In this document: positions 60,921-64,000 of the stretch, piece by piece
How the letters are laid out: each line of letters starts with the position of its first letter
Position numbering within the stretch: position 1 is the stretch's first letter
Source: an uncultured Actinomycetes bacterium
Lineage (GTDB): Bacteria > Actinomycetota > Thermoleophilia > Gaiellales > JAICJC01
Length of the DNA: 64,000 nucleotides
Assembly (NCBI GenBank): GCA_963794415.1
Contig: CAWCDI010000001.1
Coordinates: 1,868,731-1,932,730 of the forward strand
Direction of reading: 5' to 3'
Made by a program: the position numbers and the translations under genes
The notes under the pieces: model-generated
What the model saw: the letters and a program-made list of their open reading frames with translations, nothing else
What the model was told of the DNA's origin: nothing
Databases searched by the model: none

Positions 60921-61618
60921 CGGTTCACCTGGCAGCCCGGGCACCAGTAGAGGCGCCGGCGCTGCTCTCCCACCGGCCGCGAGGCGATGGGGGTGCGGCA
61001 GCGCGGGCACGGCCGGCCGGCCTGGCGGTAGATGGTGCGGCCGAGCTGGCCCCGATCGGTGACGCCCGCGCGAAGGAGCCTGCGCGAGACCGCTGCGAGC
61101 CGAAGGAGGGTGCGGTCGGAGAGCTCCTTCGCCGGCGCGAATGGATCGATCGCCTCGCGAAAGAGCGCCTCGCAGCGCACGATGTTGCCGATGCCGGCGA
61201 GCACTCGCTGGTCGAGCAGCGTCTCGGCGATGGGCCTCTCGATGAGCCGCGCGCGGCGCAGGTACTCACGCGCGTCGAAGCGGCCGTGGAGCAGGTCGGG
61301 GCCTAGCGCGAGCCTGGGCTGTGAGCGCCCCACGCGCATGCGGCCGACCAGCACGGCGTCGCCCTTGGAGGTGCGCATGACGGCCTGGTTGAGCGCCGCG
61401 CGCGAGGGCCCGGCGCCTGACGGCAGCAGCCGTGCGCGGCCGTGCATGCCCAGGTGCAGATCGACGCTTCGGCCGTCGGCGGCGTGGATCAACAGGTGCT
61501 TCCCGCGGGCCTCCACGCCGGTCACCGTGCTGCCTGCGAGCGGACCTTCGAGCACGTCGGAGCCCACGATCGGCGCGAGGCGGCGGGCCGCCAGCTCGAG
61601 CGAATGGCCCTCAGGCAT
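60917..61618 (-). CDS. nei: Fpg/Nei family DNA glycosylase (endonuclease VIII-like)
   Basis: MPEGH N-terminus, RGKHL, HLGMHG, LLDQRVLAGIGN, CPRC...WCPGCQ zinc finger. Confidence 0.92.
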   Translation of the reverse strand: MPEGHSLELAARRLAPIVGSDVLEGPLAGSTVTGVEARGKHLLIHAADGRSVDLHLGMHGRARLLPSGAGPSRAALNQAVMRTSKGDAVLVGRMRVGRSQPRLALGPDLLHGRFDAREYLRRARLIERPIAETLLDQRVLAGIGNIVRCEALFREAIDPFAPAKELSDRTLLRLAAVSRRLLRAGVTDRGQLGRTIYRQAGRPCPRCRTPIASRPVGEQRRRLYWCPGCQVNR

Positions 61619-61658
61619 GGGCGACGTCGAATGGGGGAGATAGCATCATGGTCAGTTT

Positions 61659-62438
61659 ATGGACCCCGCACCCCGCATCGATCCGCTGGCACAGGCCTTT
61701 GCAGGCATCGCAAATGAGTACGAGCTGGGCCGTCCAGAGTACCCGTCCGAGCCGGTCGATTGGGCGTGGGAGCGGCTCGGGCTGAGCGACTCGGCCACCG
61801 TGCTCGACCTGGCGGCGGGCACCGGCAAGCTCTCGCGGCTCCTGGCTCCGCGGGCCGGGCGGCTGATCATCGTGGAGCCGCTGGCCGAGATGCGGCGCGT
61901 GCTCACCGAGCAGATGCCGGAGGCCGAGCCCATCTCGGGCACCGCCGAGCAGCTCCCGCTGGACGACGCGTCGGTGGAGGCCGTGTTCGTGGCCGAGGCG
62001 TTTCACTGGTTCGACGGCGACCGGGCGCTTCGCGAGATCCACCGCGTGCTTCGGCCGGGCGGCGGCCTCGCGGTGATCTACGGGCACAGCGGCTGGGACG
62101 TGCTGCCCGGCGATGCCGAGCTCACCGAGCGGCTCAATCAGGTGAACCGGCGCGACGTGCGGCCCGAGAACCGGCCGTGGACGGGGCTCTGGCGCGACGC
62201 GTTCGAGCGCTCGGAGCAGTTCGAGCCCCTGGTGAAGACCAGCTTCCCGTTCGTGCAGTCGCTGACCATCGACCAGCTGGTGGCGCTGGTGGCGTCGTGG
62301 AGCTTCGTGGGGGCGCTGCCTGCGGACGAGCGCGACGATCTGCTGGCCGACGTGCGCGACATCCTGCGGTCGCACGGCGACGGCCCCTTCGACCTGCCGT
62401 CGTCGATCGACGTCTACGTCACCACCCGGCGCCGTTGA
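61659..62438 (+). CDS. Class I SAM-dependent methyltransferase
   Basis: YELGRPEYP, VLDLAAGTGKL, VEP..EM, AEAFHWFD, RVLRPGG. Confidence 0.92.
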   Translation: MDPAPRIDPLAQAFAGIANEYELGRPEYPSEPVDWAWERLGLSDSATVLDLAAGTGKLSRLLAPRAGRLIIVEPLAEMRRVLTEQMPEAEPISGTAEQLPLDDASVEAVFVAEAFHWFDGDRALREIHRVLRPGGGLAVIYGHSGWDVLPGDAELTERLNQVNRRDVRPENRPWTGLWRDAFERSEQFEPLVKTSFPFVQSLTIDQLVALVASWSFVGALPADERDDLLADVRDILRSHGDGPFDLPSSIDVYVTTRRR

Positions 62439-64000
62439 TCAGGCCTGGAGCACCAGCCGCCTGTGTGTCTGGAGAAAGCCGTGGGCCAGCAGCACGCTCT
62501 CTGCCGGGTCGCCCGTCAGCGGACGGCCGTCGATTCGCTCGGGCGTGATCCGCTTGATCCTGCCCTTCGCCACCGCCTCCGCGAGCGCCCCGATGCCCGC
62601 GTCGAACAGCTCCGGATCGAACGTCACCAGGCCGCGCCCGCCCTTCTCCACGTAGACCGCCGCCGCGCCGCCCACAAGCGCCAACCACGCCCCTGCGGCC
62701 CGCGACGGCTTTCGCGCCGCATCCGGCCACGGCGCCGTCACGCCGAACGGGTTGGCGGGATCCGTCGCTGCCAGCACCACTGCCTCGGCCCGCGGATCGC
62801 GCTCGCGCAGGTCGCGCAGCCGCTCGACGGCCGCCGGCAGCGCAAACTGCGCCCCGCCCAGCCCCTCCACGAAGTAGCCGCGCTGGCAGAGCCCCGCCTC
62901 CTCCATCGCGCGGAGCTCGCCGTACACCGACGAGAAGCCGCCCGGCACGCCCTCGGCCAGCACCGCCGCCCGCGTGACCACGCCGTGGCGCTCGAGCATG
63001 ACCTCGGCCAGGGTCCGCGCGCGCTCCTTCTGCGTCGCGACCGGCTGGAGGAGCGGCGCCACCAGCGACCACCGGCCGCGTGCCGCCGGAAGCGATGAGG
63101 TCGCCCGCGACCGGCGCGTGCGCCGCACCGGCGCAGAGGCCGGCAGCGCACGCAGCTTGACCCCGCCGCGCAGCGGCTCCCACGCGTCGTTGGTCACCAG
63201 CCCTGCCCACACCAGCTCCCACAGGTCGGCCAGCACCGCGCGATCTGCGCCGCCGACGTCGGTCACGAGGTCGGCGAAGAAGCTCGCTCCGCGCCGGTCG
63301 AGCACCTCCAGGAGCTGATGCTCGCGCTCGTCGAGCGCGGGATGAAGCAGCGGCACGTTCTCGCGCAGGTACAGGCGCACCTTCCCGGGCCCCGCGCCGA
63401 TCCATACCAGCTCGCCGCCTGCACACGCCGTATCGAGCCAGTCCGAGCGGTAGCCGGGAATGCGCGCCGGCAGGATGTCCGACTCGATGGCCGCGACCGG
63501 CAGCGCGAGCCCCTCGAGCTGCGAGACCACCTCCCGCAGCCGCGTCTGGCCCCGGCCGAGGTCGCGCCCGATGCCGTGCCACGCGGGCAAAAACCGCCCC
63601 AGCACCGCGGGCTCAACCGGCTCCACCTCGCGCCGCAGCCGCGCCAGCGTGCGCCGGCGCAGCCGCCGCAGCACCTCGGGCGCCACGAACTCGTTCCCGC
63701 TCCCGGCGGGCAGGAAGCCGCCCTCCAGCAGCTCCCCCTCCTTCACCAGCCGAGCGAGCGACCCGGTCGCGTCCACGCCCAGCCGCGCGGCGACCTCGGA
63801 CGCCGAGAACGGCACGTGCGTGCGCGCGTGGCGCAGCACCAGCCGATCGAGCGCGTCGGGCACGTGGTCGAGAAACGCCACCGGCACGCCGGGCGGCGGA
63901 ACCGCTCCCAGGCCGTCGCGGTAGAGGCCCGCGTCCTCGCCGGCGATCACCCGCTGCTCGCCGGCGATCCCCACCTCGAACGCGCGGCGATCCTTCAGGA
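62439..64000 (-). CDS. lhr: Large Lhr helicase, C-terminal portion (starts beyond the window)
   Basis: EDAGLYRDGLG, RHARTHVPF, LRRRTLARLRREVEPV, WELVWAGLVTND, GRWSL, RGYFVEGLGGAQFALP, ATDPANPFG; near nei. Confidence 0.92.
   Translation of the reverse strand, partial: LKDRRAFEVGIAGEQRVIAGEDAGLYRDGLGAVPPPGVPVAFLDHVPDALDRLVLRHARTHVPFSASEVAARLGVDATGSLARLVKEGELLEGGFLPAGSGNEFVAPEVLRRLRRRTLARLRREVEPVEPAVLGRFLPAWHGIGRDLGRGQTRLREVVSQLEGLALPVAAIESDILPARIPGYRSDWLDTACAGGELVWIGAGPGKVRLYLRENVPLLHPALDEREHQLLEVLDRRGASFFADLVTDVGGADRAVLADLWELVWAGLVTNDAWEPLRGGVKLRALPASAPVRRTRRSRATSSLPAARGRWSLVAPLLQPVATQKERARTLAEVMLERHGVVTRAAVLAEGVPGGFSSVYGELRAMEEAGLCQRGYFVEGLGGAQFALPAAVERLRDLRERDPRAEAVVLAATDPANPFGVTAPWPDAARKPSRAAGAWLALVGGAAAVYVEKGGRGLVTFDPELFDAGIGALAEAVAKGRIKRITPERIDGRPLTGDPAESVLLAHGFLQTHRRLVLQA

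Overview
High-GC actinobacterial chromosome segment, with gene content suggesting Thermoleophilia/Gaiellales-like (inference). About 60 CDSs; no rRNA, tRNA, CRISPR array or recognisable transposase. 0-9 kb: a membrane chemoreceptor, a globin-coupled chemoreceptor, and four tandem TasA/CalY-like genes plus sipW and a fifth SipW-type substrate, with three sigma-28-like CTCA-N16-(G/T)CCGA promoters. 9-31 kb: accessory signalling and metabolic genes. These include two ECF sigma modules, a cyclase-STAND-solute-binding fusion, a structured 5' leader, dipZ and an MFS-cNMP fusion. There is also a 55-aa repeat peptide missing from the ORF track, which shares an exact GGGAAGA-N16-CGTCTGG promoter with the partner gene of the adjacent ECF sigma; this is my best candidate for an undescribed system. 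31.6-44.1 kb: an MprF-like gene, an MMPL and gltBD with many frameshifts, most likely sequencing error. 44-64 kb: mostly housekeeping (proline racemase family, SulP, OsmC and lipoate ligase, acnA-glcDEF, glpX, ADP-ribosylglycohydrolase, nei, partial lhr). An identical 31-bp palindrome occurs at 18338 and 51842. All calls are by eye from motifs; no database searches were run.
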